49,311 nucleotides of DNA from Patescibacteria group bacterium (GTDB lineage Bacteria > Patescibacteriota > Minisyncoccia > UBA6257 > GWB1-50-10). Where the stretch lies: positions 32,168 through 81,478 of the forward strand of contig JBBTSG010000006.1 of assembly GCA_038064775.1 (NCBI GenBank). Reading direction: 5' to 3'. Every line of letters begins with the position of its first letter. Within the stretch, counting starts at the first letter, position 1. A program made the translations under genes and the position numbers. Of this stretch, positions 28,655 through 38,949 are shown in pieces. The notes below the pieces were generated by a model that saw only the letters and a program-made list of their open reading frames with translations, searched no databases and was not told the DNA's origin.

Positions 28655-31600
28655 TTAGCTACTCGACAAGGTCGTCACCTCAACCGACGGCATTATTCCA
28701 GGAATAACACCATCAATATAGAGACCAGTGGGTACGCTTGCAGAGTTTGTCGGGTTAGACGGGTAACCATAGAGATCACTACCTTTTACGTAGTAAAGAA
28801 GGTTGCCGATCGTCTGAATAGAGAACTTGAAGGTGTTGCCGTTATCCGCCGCAACGTTCGTCTTGATAATCAAGTATCTTGAAGAACCTCCAAGAATCGT
28901 TCGATTTGCTTCAGATGCAGAAATTGTGTATCCGAAAGGAACGCTTGAAGAACCAAGGGAGGTCGCCCATGTAGAAGTGCTGTAGGTGATATCAGCGCTT
29001 GAATTAGACATCTGGGAAGCATACAGCGTGTAAGCGCTAGATGTTGCCGTTGTCGTACCAGCGCCACTATTGTAGAAGGTCATACCCGTAGTGGAAGTTG
29101 AAAGATAAATCGGGGTTGCGCCGTTATTCGTAATCTTAAATGTCGCAACTGTCTGACCAGATGTTAAACCAATTATCTTTGTTGCCACCGTTGGCGAAAC
29201 TCCTGTAACAACAACACTCTGCGGTACAACGAATGAATAGCCGGTAGAAACAACCGTGCTAGCACCGGTACTGATTCCAGGTTGACCTGTCACCGTACCA
29301 GTCGTAAGTCCACTCACTGAACCCTTTACGGTCACATGAGTGCTTGAAGCAATAACGAACGCGAAGCTATTACCAAGGTCATCTATCGTGCCGACCCCAA
29401 CATCAGCTTTCACGTAAATCGTCGTGCCACTAACTGGCACCGGCGCAGTCAAAATATTATCTGACGTACCACCGACGGATGGGAAAGTAACAACGCATTC
29501 ACCGGCAATACAAGTATCAAACTGTCCTTTTGTTAATCCTGCTGGTACAAGATCGCCAGAAAGCGTGATATTCCTTAGAGTCGTCGTTGTTAAACCAGTT
29601 GAACCGGAACTTGTCGCTGTAAGCTTCAAGGAAGTAATTTTTTGCGTTTCATTAGCTGAACTCAATCTAACCGCAAACCACGTTCCTTGAGTTGCGCCAA
29701 CCGAAACCGTTTGGTTATTACTTGGTGTAGCGCCTGCGCCAGTTACGAGGTTCATATTAAGCGAACCGGAAGTAACTATAGTTTGCGCCTGACCACTACC
29801 GGCGAAACTAATATCCGTACCGTTCGTCAAACTATTACCTGTTGTCACGCCAACGGCGGTTATAGCCGATGTTGACGAAGCAACATTGAAAGTGTGTGTG
29901 ACGTTAGCGGATGTGGATGAAGCAACATTAGCCACTAAGTAAAGAGTGATTGGTGTTGCGCGGTTGACCACAATCGGCGATGAGAAATTGAAGTTTGTGG
30001 TAGCGCCGTTTGTCGCTGTTGAAGCGGTTGTTGAAAGAACTGTACCGCCACTCACTGGGTTACCTTTGTACATCACAAGACTAGTAATTCCGGTGTAATT
30101 GGAGTCACTGCTTGAATCTGATACTTTAACGGTCGTCACATTCACGTCTTCACCGCCCGCCGAAGAATTCAAAGTAATAGTGGCGAAAACATAATCGTTC
30201 GTGCCCACCACTACTGATTGGCCGGCAAGTGGCAATGATGCAAGTGTTGTCACCGTAAGAGCGGCTGCTTTAACTGAAAGCGCGAGGCCATCAGTCGCCG
30301 CCACAGTCGGATCAACGAGGTCATTTGTTACTAAACGTTTGGCTTGAATAATATCAAAGGACTTCACTTGATAACTATCAACCGCTGTCGCGGTCGAAGG
30401 AATCGAAGTTTCAACCGTTATAAAGTTATCCACGCCTTGAGTGGCAACCGGATAACTCGACAAGGTAAAGGTAGCTGCCGTAATCGGCGAAACATTGGAA
30501 CCGCCAGTGCTGTAGACAATCGCGCCGTTAAACTTCACATAAACCGTGCCGGTTAATGTTTTAGCGGCTGCAGTCGAAGTCGCAATGTAGAAACTAACCT
30601 GCCGCACTTCCATGTTCTCGCCACTCGGCCTAAAGTTGTATTTCGCTAAGAGAACATTGTTCGCGGAAGGAGTAACCGCCGCGCTTGGCGAATCAATTGT
30701 TCGCGTCAAAGTCGCCGTGCCGGTACCAATCGTCTGGATGTTGAAACCATTACCGATCGGGAACGCGGAGTCATTCGTCGCCGCCGCGCCCGGAATAACG
30801 GAGACACCGGTCGTCACGCCCATCAGATTAATATCGTAGTTGTTGTAAACCACAAGGTTAATTGTTTTTGTCGTGCCGCCGATAAGCTTCGCTTTTACGG
30901 TGAAATTTTTCGTTAACCCCTTATCAATGAAGTAAGCGGGTGTAATCGTAAAGTTTACATACTGGCCCATTGGCTGAGCAGTCGCCAAAATATTACCGGA
31001 TTGATCAAGTAACTGAACATCCGCGTAATCGCCTGCTCCCGCGTTGCCATAGTTATATAAGGTCAAAGCGGAAAAGTTTACTCCTTCATTAGAAGAGGTT
31101 TCTCGAACCTGGAATTTTGTAATTTCCTGTTGGCTCACTGGATCAACACTTAAAGAGCTTGAACCGGTTGAGGTCAAAACATCTAAAGTAGTGGAAGCTA
31201 ACGCGCTCGCGCCACTTACGATGTTCATTCCATTACCAACAATCGGGTAACTACCACCAATTGAAGTTGTGTCAGCCATAATTGCCGACGCCGAATTAAT
31301 GTTAAACGCAACCGTGCCGGTAATAGAACCTGTCACAAGGTTGAATCGCACTGTAAACGAAGTTGACTGTCCTGCCGCAACCATAATCGGGCTGCTTGGG
31401 AAAGTAATACCGATTGTGTTATCAGCGTTAATAGAAGTTATAACATTGCCGTGCCGCACACCCATGGCGTCAATAACGTCAACACCATTAAGAGATGTGT
31501 TCGCGACAAAGCCACTCTTCTGCAAAGTAACGCCTGTCACATTCACTGCTTTAGAACCAGCCGTCAAGTTAACCTTTAAAGCTGGATTGAAAGCTGTTCC

Positions 31601-32113
31601 TGAACCGATTGTTCTTGCCGCTGGCGTATCAACCGCCAAAGAAGCAACTAAATCAGTACCGGAAGGCACAATTACGACTGGCGGAATACCACCAGTACCT
31701 CCTGTTGCTGTACCCACAAAAGCCGCGCGGGTTTTCGGACCGAAGTAACCGACGGAAGGAGTAACTCCCTTCGCCGCCTGCCAAGCCGCCAAAGCCGCCT
31801 TAGTCAAAGAACCAAAGAAGGCTGTCGGGGCCGCGACCTTCAAATAACCGCCGCTAATCAAGGTTTGCTGCAAAGCCGTCACATCTGCTCCTTTGCTACC
31901 CACGGTGAGGTCGCGAGTAAACGTGTAAGAAGATGCTGGGGTGCCGCTGTTACCTTGCAAAGCTGCTATTTGCTGTTGAAGAGCTTGAATTTGCGCGAGC
32001 AAAGCGTTGATATCAACGGATTGAGCGCTTACTGGAACTACTGAACCAGCCAACCAAACCATCGTTGTGATGGAAAGACCGACTGATAAAATTTTACTAG
32101 TTAATTTACTCAT
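28655..32113 (-). CDS. Large secreted S/T/G-rich surface (S-layer-like) protein with N-terminal peptidoglycan-binding domain
   Basis: Signal peptide, LLAQIQALQQQIAALQG coil, FTRDLTVGSKGADVTALQ...GYFGPKT PG_binding_1 motif, beta-rich repeats, strong terminator. Confidence 0.85.
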   Translation of the reverse strand: MSKLTSKILSVGLSITTMVWLAGSVVPVSAQSVDINALLAQIQALQQQIAALQGNSGTPASSYTFTRDLTVGSKGADVTALQQTLISGGYLKVAAPTAFFGSLTKAALAAWQAAKGVTPSVGYFGPKTRAAFVGTATGGTGGIPPVVIVPSGTDLVASLAVDTPAARTIGSGTAFNPALKVNLTAGSKAVNVTGVTLQKSGFVANTSLNGVDVIDAMGVRHGNVITSINADNTIGITFPSSPIMVAAGQSTSFTVRFNLVTGSITGTVAFNINSASAIMADTTSIGGSYPIVGNGMNIVSGASALASTTLDVLTSTGSSSLSVDPVSQQEITKFQVRETSSNEGVNFSALTLYNYGNAGAGDYADVQLLDQSGNILATAQPMGQYVNFTITPAYFIDKGLTKNFTVKAKLIGGTTKTINLVVYNNYDINLMGVTTGVSVIPGAAATNDSAFPIGNGFNIQTIGTGTATLTRTIDSPSAAVTPSANNVLLAKYNFRPSGENMEVRQVSFYIATSTAAAKTLTGTVYVKFNGAIVYSTGGSNVSPITAATFTLSSYPVATQGVDNFITVETSIPSTATAVDSYQVKSFDIIQAKRLVTNDLVDPTVAATDGLALSVKAAALTVTTLASLPLAGQSVVVGTNDYVFATITLNSSAGGEDVNVTTVKVSDSSSDSNYTGITSLVMYKGNPVSGGTVLSTTASTATNGATTNFNFSSPIVVNRATPITLYLVANVASSTSANVTHTFNVASSTSAITAVGVTTGNSLTNGTDISFAGSGQAQTIVTSGSLNMNLVTGAGATPSNNQTVSVGATQGTWFAVRLSSANETQKITSLKLTATSSGSTGLTTTTLRNITLSGDLVPAGLTKGQFDTCIAGECVVTFPSVGGTSDNILTAPVPVSGTTIYVKADVGVGTIDDLGNSFAFVIASSTHVTVKGSVSGLTTGTVTGQPGISTGASTVVSTGYSFVVPQSVVVTGVSPTVATKIIGLTSGQTVATFKITNNGATPIYLSTSTTGMTFYNSGAGTTTATSSAYTLYASQMSNSSADITYSTSTWATSLGSSSVPFGYTISASEANRTILGGSSRYLIIKTNVAADNGNTFKFSIQTIGNLLYYVKGSDLYGYPSNPTNSASVPTGLYIDGVIPGIMPSVEVTTLSSS

Positions 32114-32460
32114 TTTTTGTAATTTTAGAATTTTCTTAAATTTATCGACCTAAATTATTTATCCTTCGATTTCACTCAGAATAATACTGAGCTTGCCGAA
32201 GTATTAAATTTGGTCGCCGACCTTTGATTTTGTCTGGAACGTCTTCCGTCGCTCTCGACTTGCCGCTAATCTAGTGAGGATTATTTAGCAGAAGAGCTAA
32301 ACGAAAAACGGTTGGTAATAATTGGACGTATAAACAAAATCTCGCTAGAGCGAGATAAAACTACTTAAATCGTGGAGAACAAACAGACGCTTGCCGATAA
32401 TTCGGCCGACGTCGCTTGTTTCTTTTGATTAAAGTAGCTTAGCCTCACTCTAAGCTAGAA
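32114..32460 (-). ncRNA. Putative long structured 5' leader of the S-layer-like gene
   Basis: TATAAT at 32464-32469 and multiple stems (TAGCTTAG/CTAAGCTA, CTACTT/AAGTAG, GCCGA/TCGGC, ATCTCGC/GCGAGAT, TTTAGC/GCTAAA). Confidence 0.5.
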
Positions 32461-32573
32461 ATCATTATACAAGCTAGAAAAGTGCTTGAAAGCCCCGCTG
32501 TTGATAAACTGCGCTTTCCTTAGGGTTTCAATAGATATAACGAATAATTGCCCTTGAAGTTACGCTTTTTAGT

Positions 32574-33344
32574 TTAAACCGTCCAAGAAGAAAAAGCGAA
32601 TATAATAACCATTAAAATCGTAAAAAAAGCCGCTTCTTCAAAAACTAGGGTCCGGTTCAATAAACCGCGCTCCCGGACGATAAAAAGATCGCGGCTTATG
32701 GCGGTAAAAAGCGTAAGTAGCGCGGCGGAGTTTAAAAAACCTAGTGGCAAAAAAGCAATAAACCAGCCAACTTGAAAAACAAGAAAAGCTAACGCGTAAC
32801 TCCCCCCAAGAATTATTTTTTTTGACAAGAAACCGAAAAAAACGAAATCCTCGCGGAAAGAAAGACCGATTAAAAGCATTAGGCCAACGGCAAAGAAAAA
32901 GTTTTGAGGCAACAGGTAATAAAAAATATAAGCAGTGATTACTAGCAGGGTTTTAAAAATATTAAAAACCAAAAAACGGTTGTTGAAAAATCTTTGATTC
33001 AAACCCAACCAAAGAAAAAGAAGACCGCTCCAAAAAATAACGATAAACGGGGAATTAATAAAAAAAGTAAAAAAGTTCCAAACACCTTCGAACTTATAAA
33101 GATTATTCAGCTCGAGAAAAACCAAGCTTAAAAAAAATAAAAACCAGAAAGAAAAACTAATACCTTCACTACTGCCTTTCTCGGAAAAATAAATCAGGAT
33201 AGCAACAAGAAAAAATAAAAAGACCGGCCAAAAACCGAAACCGACTTGCGTTAACCAAAAAAGAATAATTCCGTAGAAAAAAGCTTTAAACAGTAACTTC
33301 CACGTTATTTGTTTGGTTAAGAGAAATGTTAACTTTTTTACCAT
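32574..33344 (-). CDS. Hypothetical multi-pass membrane protein
   Basis: 256 aa, almost entirely hydrophobic (F/L-rich), about 8 TM segments. Confidence 0.7.
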   Translation of the reverse strand: MVKKLTFLLTKQITWKLLFKAFFYGIILFWLTQVGFGFWPVFLFFLVAILIYFSEKGSSEGISFSFWFLFFLSLVFLELNNLYKFEGVWNFFTFFINSPFIVIFWSGLLFLWLGLNQRFFNNRFLVFNIFKTLLVITAYIFYYLLPQNFFFAVGLMLLIGLSFREDFVFFGFLSKKIILGGSYALAFLVFQVGWFIAFLPLGFLNSAALLTLFTAISRDLFIVRERGLLNRTLVFEEAAFFTILMVIIFAFSSWTV

Positions 33345-35964
33345 CTTTCACTAAACCTCTAATCATTTTATCAGCTAAAGCATCAATAATCACTTTTTGA
33401 ATCAGCCGCTTGATTGGCCGAGCGCCGTATTCTTTATCAAAACCGTTTTTAACTAAGTATTCTTTAACCGCCGGTTTTATTGTGAGTTCAATTCGGCGTT
33501 CGGCTAATTTTTCAGTCAGTTTCTGAAGTTGGATATCAACGATTTTCCCGATATCAGCGGGTGTAAGCGCGTTAAAGATGACGGTTTCATCAAGGCGATT
33601 TAAAAATTCTGGCCGGAATGTTTCACGTAACGCTCGCCGCGCTTTTTCCCGATACTCTTCTTCTTTCGATTTTAATTCCTCTTTATCTCCTTGGGCAAAA
33701 CCTAAACCCGACATTTCGTGGAAATAATTACTGCCGACATTAGAAGTTAAAATCACAACCGCGTTCCGAAAATTAACAAGCCGCCCTTTGCCGTCGGTTA
33801 AGCGGCCGTTATCCAAAACTTGCAGTAAAACATTGAAAACTTCCGGGTGAGCTTTTTCAATTTCATCAAATAGGATCAAGCTATAAGGCCGATGCCGAAT
33901 GATTTCTGTAAGTTGGCCGCCTTCCTCAAAACCAACGTAACCCGGCGGCGAACCAATAAGCCGGGAAACAGCGTGCCGTTCCATATATTCCGACATATCA
34001 ATCCGAATAAGGGCTTTTTCGTCATTGAACATAAATTCCGCAAGTGCACGCGCTAATTCTGTTTTACCAACGCCAGTTGGTCCCAAAAACATAAATGAGC
34101 CAGACGGCCGGTCTTCCGGCGCAAGGCCGGCGCGCGATCGGCGCAACGCCCGCGCAACAGCGTTAATTGCTTCGCCCTGACCAATCACTCTCACGCCAAG
34201 CTCTTCTTCTAATCGGCTTAATTTTTTTACTTCCGATTCAAGCATTCGAGAAACCGGAATACCCGTCCAACGAGAAACTACGGAAGCAATATCTTCTTCG
34301 TTAATACTTTCTTTAATAAAACGGCGATTGCTTACAGGAATTTTTTTGCTGCTAGATTTCTTTTTTGATTTTATTTCTCCGCCTATGTGTTTTTTTTCAA
34401 AAGCGGCAGCTTCCTTTTCAGCGGCCGGCAGTTCGCCGTAAACAATTTGCGCCACTCGTTCTAAATTACCGTCTCGTTCCGCCACTTCCGCTTCCCGTTT
34501 CAAATTCTCCACTTTCTTTCTCAAGTTATTAAAATTGTCTTGCTGAATTTTTTCGGCGTGCCAGCCGGCAGATAATTCGTCGTTTTCCTCCCGTAAGCGG
34601 TTTAATTCTTTTTCTACTTCCTTGAGGCGCGGCGATTTTGTTTTTGATTTTGCTTTTTCTTTCAACAATGCCGAGCGTTCCACTTCAAGTTTTACGATAC
34701 TCCGCCGCAATTTATCGAGTTCCGCCGGCACGCTATCGCTTTCAAGTCGCTGAGCAGCCGAGGCCTCGTCAATCAAATCCACCGCTTTATCGGGCAAAAA
34801 ACGGTCGGTAATGTAGCGGGCGGATAAATTCACCGCCGCCATAATCGCTTCATCGCTTATTTTTAGCCCGTGATGCATTTCATATTTTTCTTTAAGTCCA
34901 CGCAAAATAGCAACCGAATCTTCGAGCGTTGGTTCTTCAACCACAATCGGTTGGAAACGGCGCTCAAGCGCGGCGTCTTTTTCAATATATTTTTGATATT
35001 CTTTTAGTGTTGTGGCGCCAATCGCGTGAAGATCGCCACGGGAGAGCGCCGGTTTCAATAAATTACCGGCGTCAATTGCCCCCTCAGCCGCGCCTGCCCC
35101 TACGATCATATGAATTTCATCGATAAAAAGAAGAAGTCGGCCGGCTGATTGCTGAACTTCCCGCAAAAATGCTTTTAAACGGTCTTCAAATTCACCGCGA
35201 AATTTCGTGCCAGCAATCAAAGCGCCTAAATCGAGCATAATAATCTCTTTTCCCTTCAAAGATTCAGGCACGTCACCGGAAATAATTCTCTGCGCCAAAC
35301 CTTCCACAATTGCTGTTTTTCCAACGCCCGGCTCGCCGATTAAAACCGGATTATTTTTTGTTCGTCGGGAAAGAATTTGCATCAACCGCCGCAATTCTTC
35401 CTCACGGCCAATTACCGGATCAAGCTTGCCGTCTTTCGCCCGTTCGGTTAAGTTCACGGCATATTTATCAAGTACTTGAAATTTTGATTCCGGCGTTTCA
35501 TCGGTCACCCGCACCGAACCACGCAGTTGGGCTAAAATTCGTATTAATATTTCCCGTTTTACGCCAAAACGGCTCAAAATTTCTTGCGCCGCGGAAGGCA
35601 CGTCAATTAAAGCAAGAATTAAGTGTTCGCAAGAAATGAAATCGTCTTTTTGTTTTAAAGCAATTTCACCCGCTCGATCTAAAACTTTCATCAGTTCCGG
35701 CGAAAGATAAAGTTGATTAACTGTTCCACCGCCCGCGAAAATTTTAGGAAGCGCGTTCAAATCCCGATCAAGTTCTTTTTCAAGTTCGGCGAGATTCATA
35801 TTCGCTTTTAGAAGCATTGGCCGGACAAGAGTGGATTCATCACCCAAAAGAGTAACTAAAAGATGAAGCGCTTTCAGTTCGCCGTGATGATGGCGGCCGA
35901 CTAAATCTTGGGCCGCTTGAAGTGCTTCTTGGGCCTTAATTGTAAAGCGATGGAATTGTGGCAT
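33286..35964 (-). CDS. clpB: ATP-dependent chaperone ClpB
   Basis: [26 protein letters not shown], coiled-coil M domain, [33 protein letters not shown]. Confidence 0.95.
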   Translation of the reverse strand: MPQFHRFTIKAQEALQAAQDLVGRHHHGELKALHLLVTLLGDESTLVRPMLLKANMNLAELEKELDRDLNALPKIFAGGGTVNQLYLSPELMKVLDRAGEIALKQKDDFISCEHLILALIDVPSAAQEILSRFGVKREILIRILAQLRGSVRVTDETPESKFQVLDKYAVNLTERAKDGKLDPVIGREEELRRLMQILSRRTKNNPVLIGEPGVGKTAIVEGLAQRIISGDVPESLKGKEIIMLDLGALIAGTKFRGEFEDRLKAFLREVQQSAGRLLLFIDEIHMIVGAGAAEGAIDAGNLLKPALSRGDLHAIGATTLKEYQKYIEKDAALERRFQPIVVEEPTLEDSVAILRGLKEKYEMHHGLKISDEAIMAAVNLSARYITDRFLPDKAVDLIDEASAAQRLESDSVPAELDKLRRSIVKLEVERSALLKEKAKSKTKSPRLKEVEKELNRLREENDELSAGWHAEKIQQDNFNNLRKKVENLKREAEVAERDGNLERVAQIVYGELPAAEKEAAAFEKKHIGGEIKSKKKSSSKKIPVSNRRFIKESINEEDIASVVSRWTGIPVSRMLESEVKKLSRLEEELGVRVIGQGEAINAVARALRRSRAGLAPEDRPSGSFMFLGPTGVGKTELARALAEFMFNDEKALIRIDMSEYMERHAVSRLIGSPPGYVGFEEGGQLTEIIRHRPYSLILFDEIEKAHPEVFNVLLQVLDNGRLTDGKGRLVNFRNAVVILTSNVGSNYFHEMSGLGFAQGDKEELKSKEEEYREKARRALRETFRPEFLNRLDETVIFNALTPADIGKIVDIQLQKLTEKLAERRIELTIKPAVKEYLVKNGFDKEYGARPIKRLIQKVIIDALADKMIRGLVKDGKKVNISLNQTNNVEVTV

Positions 35965-36006
35965 AGTTTTTATTAATTATACCAAGATTATATTATTATA
36001 ACAAAA

Positions 36007-36033
36007 TTAGCAAACTAGTGTGTAGATTGCTAA
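36007..36033. promoter_or_regulatory. CIRCE (HrcA operator) overlapping the clpB promoter
   Basis: TTAGCAAAC-N9-GATTGCTAA versus consensus TTAGCACTC-N9-GAGTGCTAA; TGtTATAAT extended -10 at 35995-36003 on the minus strand. Confidence 0.78.
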
Positions 36034-36059
36034 TGGTGGAAATATTAATTAATTTCTAT

Positions 36060-37346
36060 TTATTCCGAAGTCGGCCGCTCGGCAAGCGTAATACTTAAAG
36101 TAATAACGTCTTTCCCCCGTTCCACTTTTAGATTCAACGTGTCGCCGATTGAATATTCTTGGACTATATTGCTTAAGGTTTTTTCTTTGTTAATTTTTTC
36201 GCCGTTCACTTCCAAAATAATATCTTCCGCCTTCAAGCCGGCTTTTTCCGCTGGCGAACCGGGCACAATCGCGGGACCGTCAGGCGTTCCCCGCACAAGA
36301 GCGCCATTTTGAACCGGTAAATTTTGTTTTTTTGCTAAACCCTCATCAATCATCAGATAGCGCACGCCGAGATAAGGTGTTTTTATGCTGCCGGTTTTTT
36401 TCACCGATTCAATCGCCCGCTTCACTTGATTTATAGGAATTGTAAAGCCAATGTTCTGGGCGCCCGAGACAACCGCTGTGTTAATGCCGATCACTTCACC
36501 TTTCAAGTTCAAAAGCGGACCGCCGGAATTGCCAGGGTTAATTGCCGCGTCCGTTTGAAAAACTCCTTGAATTGTCTCCGAGCCAAATTCGCCACCGCCA
36601 GCCGTCACTGTTCGTGAAAGGCCGGAAATCACGCCAACTGAAACAGTGTTACGAAATTCGCCTAAAGCGTTACCAATCGCGATTGCTGTTTGACCAAGTT
36701 TCACACTATCAGAGTTGCCAATTATTGCGGCTTTTAGGCCAGTTGCTGAAATTTTTATAAGCGCAATATCGTTTGTTGTGTCACGCGCTAAAACTTTAGC
36801 GTCATATTTTTTGCCGTCGTTTGTGAGCACCGTATAATCCGCGTTTTTGTCGTAAACCACATGTTTGTTAGTGGCAATTAAGCCTTCTTCGCTCACAATA
36901 AAACCACTACCGCCGCCCACTTCTTTTTTTTGCGTTCCTTTTTCACATGGCTGCGAAAATTGGAAACCCTGGCCAGGCAGACCGCCGTTACCGCCAAAAA
37001 ATTGCTTAAACTCCGGCGGTAAATTAGAAAAAGGATCGTAACCGCAATTCTCAATTACCGGTAAATCTTTTGAAATGACGATTGAAACAACTGATGGCGA
37101 AGCGGTTTCAACCGAGCGAATCACCGCTTCTTCATAATCAATAGTCGGTTTGTAGAGTGGAATTTCTTTTATGGGCGATCCGCCAGCTGGCGGATTAGGC
37201 GCGGTCGTTATAGCGCCGCCTTTTAGATAATTTAATAAATCGTCTAAAATATTCGCCTGCGCTAATCTTGAAGAAACAAGCGAACCAAAAAATCCGCCAA
37301 CAATCGCGGCAATAATTATAAAAACTAAAAGTTTTTTATTATTCAT
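36060..37346 (-). CDS. degP: DegP/HtrA serine protease with one PDZ domain
   Basis: GGGSGFIV, TNKHVV, DIALIKI, FQTDAAINPGNSGGPL, PDZ (GSPAEKAGLKAEDII). Confidence 0.93.
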   Translation of the reverse strand: MNNKKLLVFIIIAAIVGGFFGSLVSSRLAQANILDDLLNYLKGGAITTAPNPPAGGSPIKEIPLYKPTIDYEEAVIRSVETASPSVVSIVISKDLPVIENCGYDPFSNLPPEFKQFFGGNGGLPGQGFQFSQPCEKGTQKKEVGGGSGFIVSEEGLIATNKHVVYDKNADYTVLTNDGKKYDAKVLARDTTNDIALIKISATGLKAAIIGNSDSVKLGQTAIAIGNALGEFRNTVSVGVISGLSRTVTAGGGEFGSETIQGVFQTDAAINPGNSGGPLLNLKGEVIGINTAVVSGAQNIGFTIPINQVKRAIESVKKTGSIKTPYLGVRYLMIDEGLAKKQNLPVQNGALVRGTPDGPAIVPGSPAEKAGLKAEDIILEVNGEKINKEKTLSNIVQEYSIGDTLNLKVERGKDVITLSITLAERPTSE

Positions 37347-37351
37347 ATTTT

Positions 37352-37403
37352 GTAATTATTCGTAGCAATTCGCAGATTCGGATGTTATCCGTAGATTCGT
37401 ATC
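37352..37403 (-). repeat. Degenerate 8-nt tandem-like repeats (consensus TACGAATM) in the SIMPL-degP spacer
   Basis: TACGAATC, TACGGATA, TCCGAATC, TGCGAATT and TACGAATA within about 50 bp. Confidence 0.55.
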
Positions 37404-37406
37404 GGC

Positions 37407-38180
37407 TTATTTTATTTCGTACCTTAAATTAACCGTTACTTGGATTTCTTGTGAACCCGGTTGAATTACAGGCGCTGGCGCCGCCCCGCCTAAACCAAAA
37501 GTTTCTTTAGCTGAGTAATAAGGAACTGGCGAATAACCTTCATCAATTGAAAGCAATCGGCCGATTGAAAAACCGCCGGAAGTCGCAATTACTTCCGCTT
37601 TTTCTTTTGCCTTTGAAATCGCTTCTGCCCGCGCCTGGTTTTGCAACGCATTTGAATCATCAATCGTAAAATTCAAGCTTGATACGGTATTCGCGCCGTT
37701 TAGAACAACGCCCGAAAGCGCCTCGCCAATTTTTGAAAAATCCCGCACTTTAACGCTCACCGTTTGATTAATTGAGTAACCGACAATTTCCGCGGGCGGA
37801 CAAGACACTGAACCACTTGTTTCCGGATGATTACAGCTGTAAGTTAGGTAACGCGGCGTAAGCGAATAATTTTCGGTTTTAATGTCTTTATCCGCCACTC
37901 CTTCGCTTTTCACAAACGCGATTGCCTTATTAACCTTAGTGGTGTTTTCATTCGTTAACGCCGCAATGTCTTTACCGCCTTCGGTTAAAACACCGAAAGA
38001 AAATTCAGCAACGTCCGGCACGGCGGTTACTTTCCCTTCGCCCGAAACTGAAAAACTCCGGAAAGACGACGGTTCGATTGATTTTGAATAAGTGTCGGCG
38101 AAACTCCACGCCGCGAAAGCCGAAACTAAACTTACAACTATAAGCGCCCCACCTAAATAATTTTTTATTTTATCATTCAT
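37407..38180 (-). CDS. SIMPL domain protein (DUF541/YggE-like)
   Basis: VSGEGKVTAVPDVA, VKVRD, GAN.VSSL.F, A..KAKEKA, IQPG.QEI.VTV...Y. Confidence 0.92.
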   Translation of the reverse strand: MNDKIKNYLGGALIVVSLVSAFAAWSFADTYSKSIEPSSFRSFSVSGEGKVTAVPDVAEFSFGVLTEGGKDIAALTNENTTKVNKAIAFVKSEGVADKDIKTENYSLTPRYLTYSCNHPETSGSVSCPPAEIVGYSINQTVSVKVRDFSKIGEALSGVVLNGANTVSSLNFTIDDSNALQNQARAEAISKAKEKAEVIATSGGFSIGRLLSIDEGYSPVPYYSAKETFGLGGAAPAPVIQPGSQEIQVTVNLRYEIK

Positions 38181-38298
38181 AATTTAATTATATTATATCT
38201 GCGCTGAAAATAAAAAATCCCCAAAGGCCAAAAGGTCTAAGGGAATTCAAGGTTGAAAGAACAGAATTAAAGAACAAAGGACGAAAGGGTCAAGCCAG

Positions 38299-38319
38299 CC
38301 CGCCTGCGGAACGGGCAGG
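38299..38319. repeat. GC-rich REP-like palindromic element abutting the stop codon
   Basis: CCTGCCCGTTCCGCAGGCGGG (minus strand) can form two alternative stems, CCTGC/GCAGG and GCCCG/CGGGC. Confidence 0.55.
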
Positions 38320-38949
38320 TTACGGAACAACCACCTGATGGCGATCGTCGGCAGACCAAACGTTCGAGTTCTCAAACCGGTGCACGCTCACCTCGAGCGC
38401 GTCGTCCGAGTGCACGTCCACGTAGGCAACGAAGAACTGGTTATTACTTTCAAAGAGGAAAAATGTTCCATAACCTTCTCCTCTTAGCCAATTCTTGTGG
38501 CGTTTCACAAACTGCTTGATCTGAGCTTGGGTGAGGCAGAATTTGGTCAAGTCAGAGTCGAGAGATCCGAACATTTTGGAGAAGGTCGCGTCTTCATTCA
38601 TTTCATAAACCTGAAGGGCGGTTTCTTTGGTTGGCGCTCCTTTTTGATCGGTGCCGTAGTTATTGAAATCGGAGTCAATCCAGCTGAAAAGGTCTTTCGC
38701 TTTCGCGAGAGTTTTTGTGCCGTCTTCGGAGTCAAGAATAATAGATTCTCCTTCGGAAATTAGTTTGAGAATCGGGTGTAACAGTTCGGAAAAAATTTCG
38801 CCGAACTTCACCTGTAATTCTTTGCCTTTTTTCAAAACGGTTTGCGCTCCAGTTCTTGAAGGATTAAGTTTAATTAGCTTATCCTCGACTACACGGAGAA
38901 TTTGTTTCTTTTGGTTTGATGTCATCATAAGTTTTTCTTTCGTACTCAT
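38320..38949 (-). CDS. Hypothetical protein (apparently CPR-type family)
   Basis: Own promoter and SD AAAGGAG; C-terminal FFVAYV...LEVSV.RFE...VW...R..VVVP; no function recognised. Confidence 0.65.
   Translation of the reverse strand: MSTKEKLMMTSNQKKQILRVVEDKLIKLNPSRTGAQTVLKKGKELQVKFGEIFSELLHPILKLISEGESIILDSEDGTKTLAKAKDLFSWIDSDFNNYGTDQKGAPTKETALQVYEMNEDATFSKMFGSLDSDLTKFCLTQAQIKQFVKRHKNWLRGEGYGTFFLFESNNQFFVAYVDVHSDDALEVSVHRFENSNVWSADDRHQVVVP

Noticed and set aside
34320-34680. Lys-rich insertions in the ClpB middle domain as repeat elements
   Set aside because: AT-rich low-complexity loops with no palindromic or repeated DNA signature.
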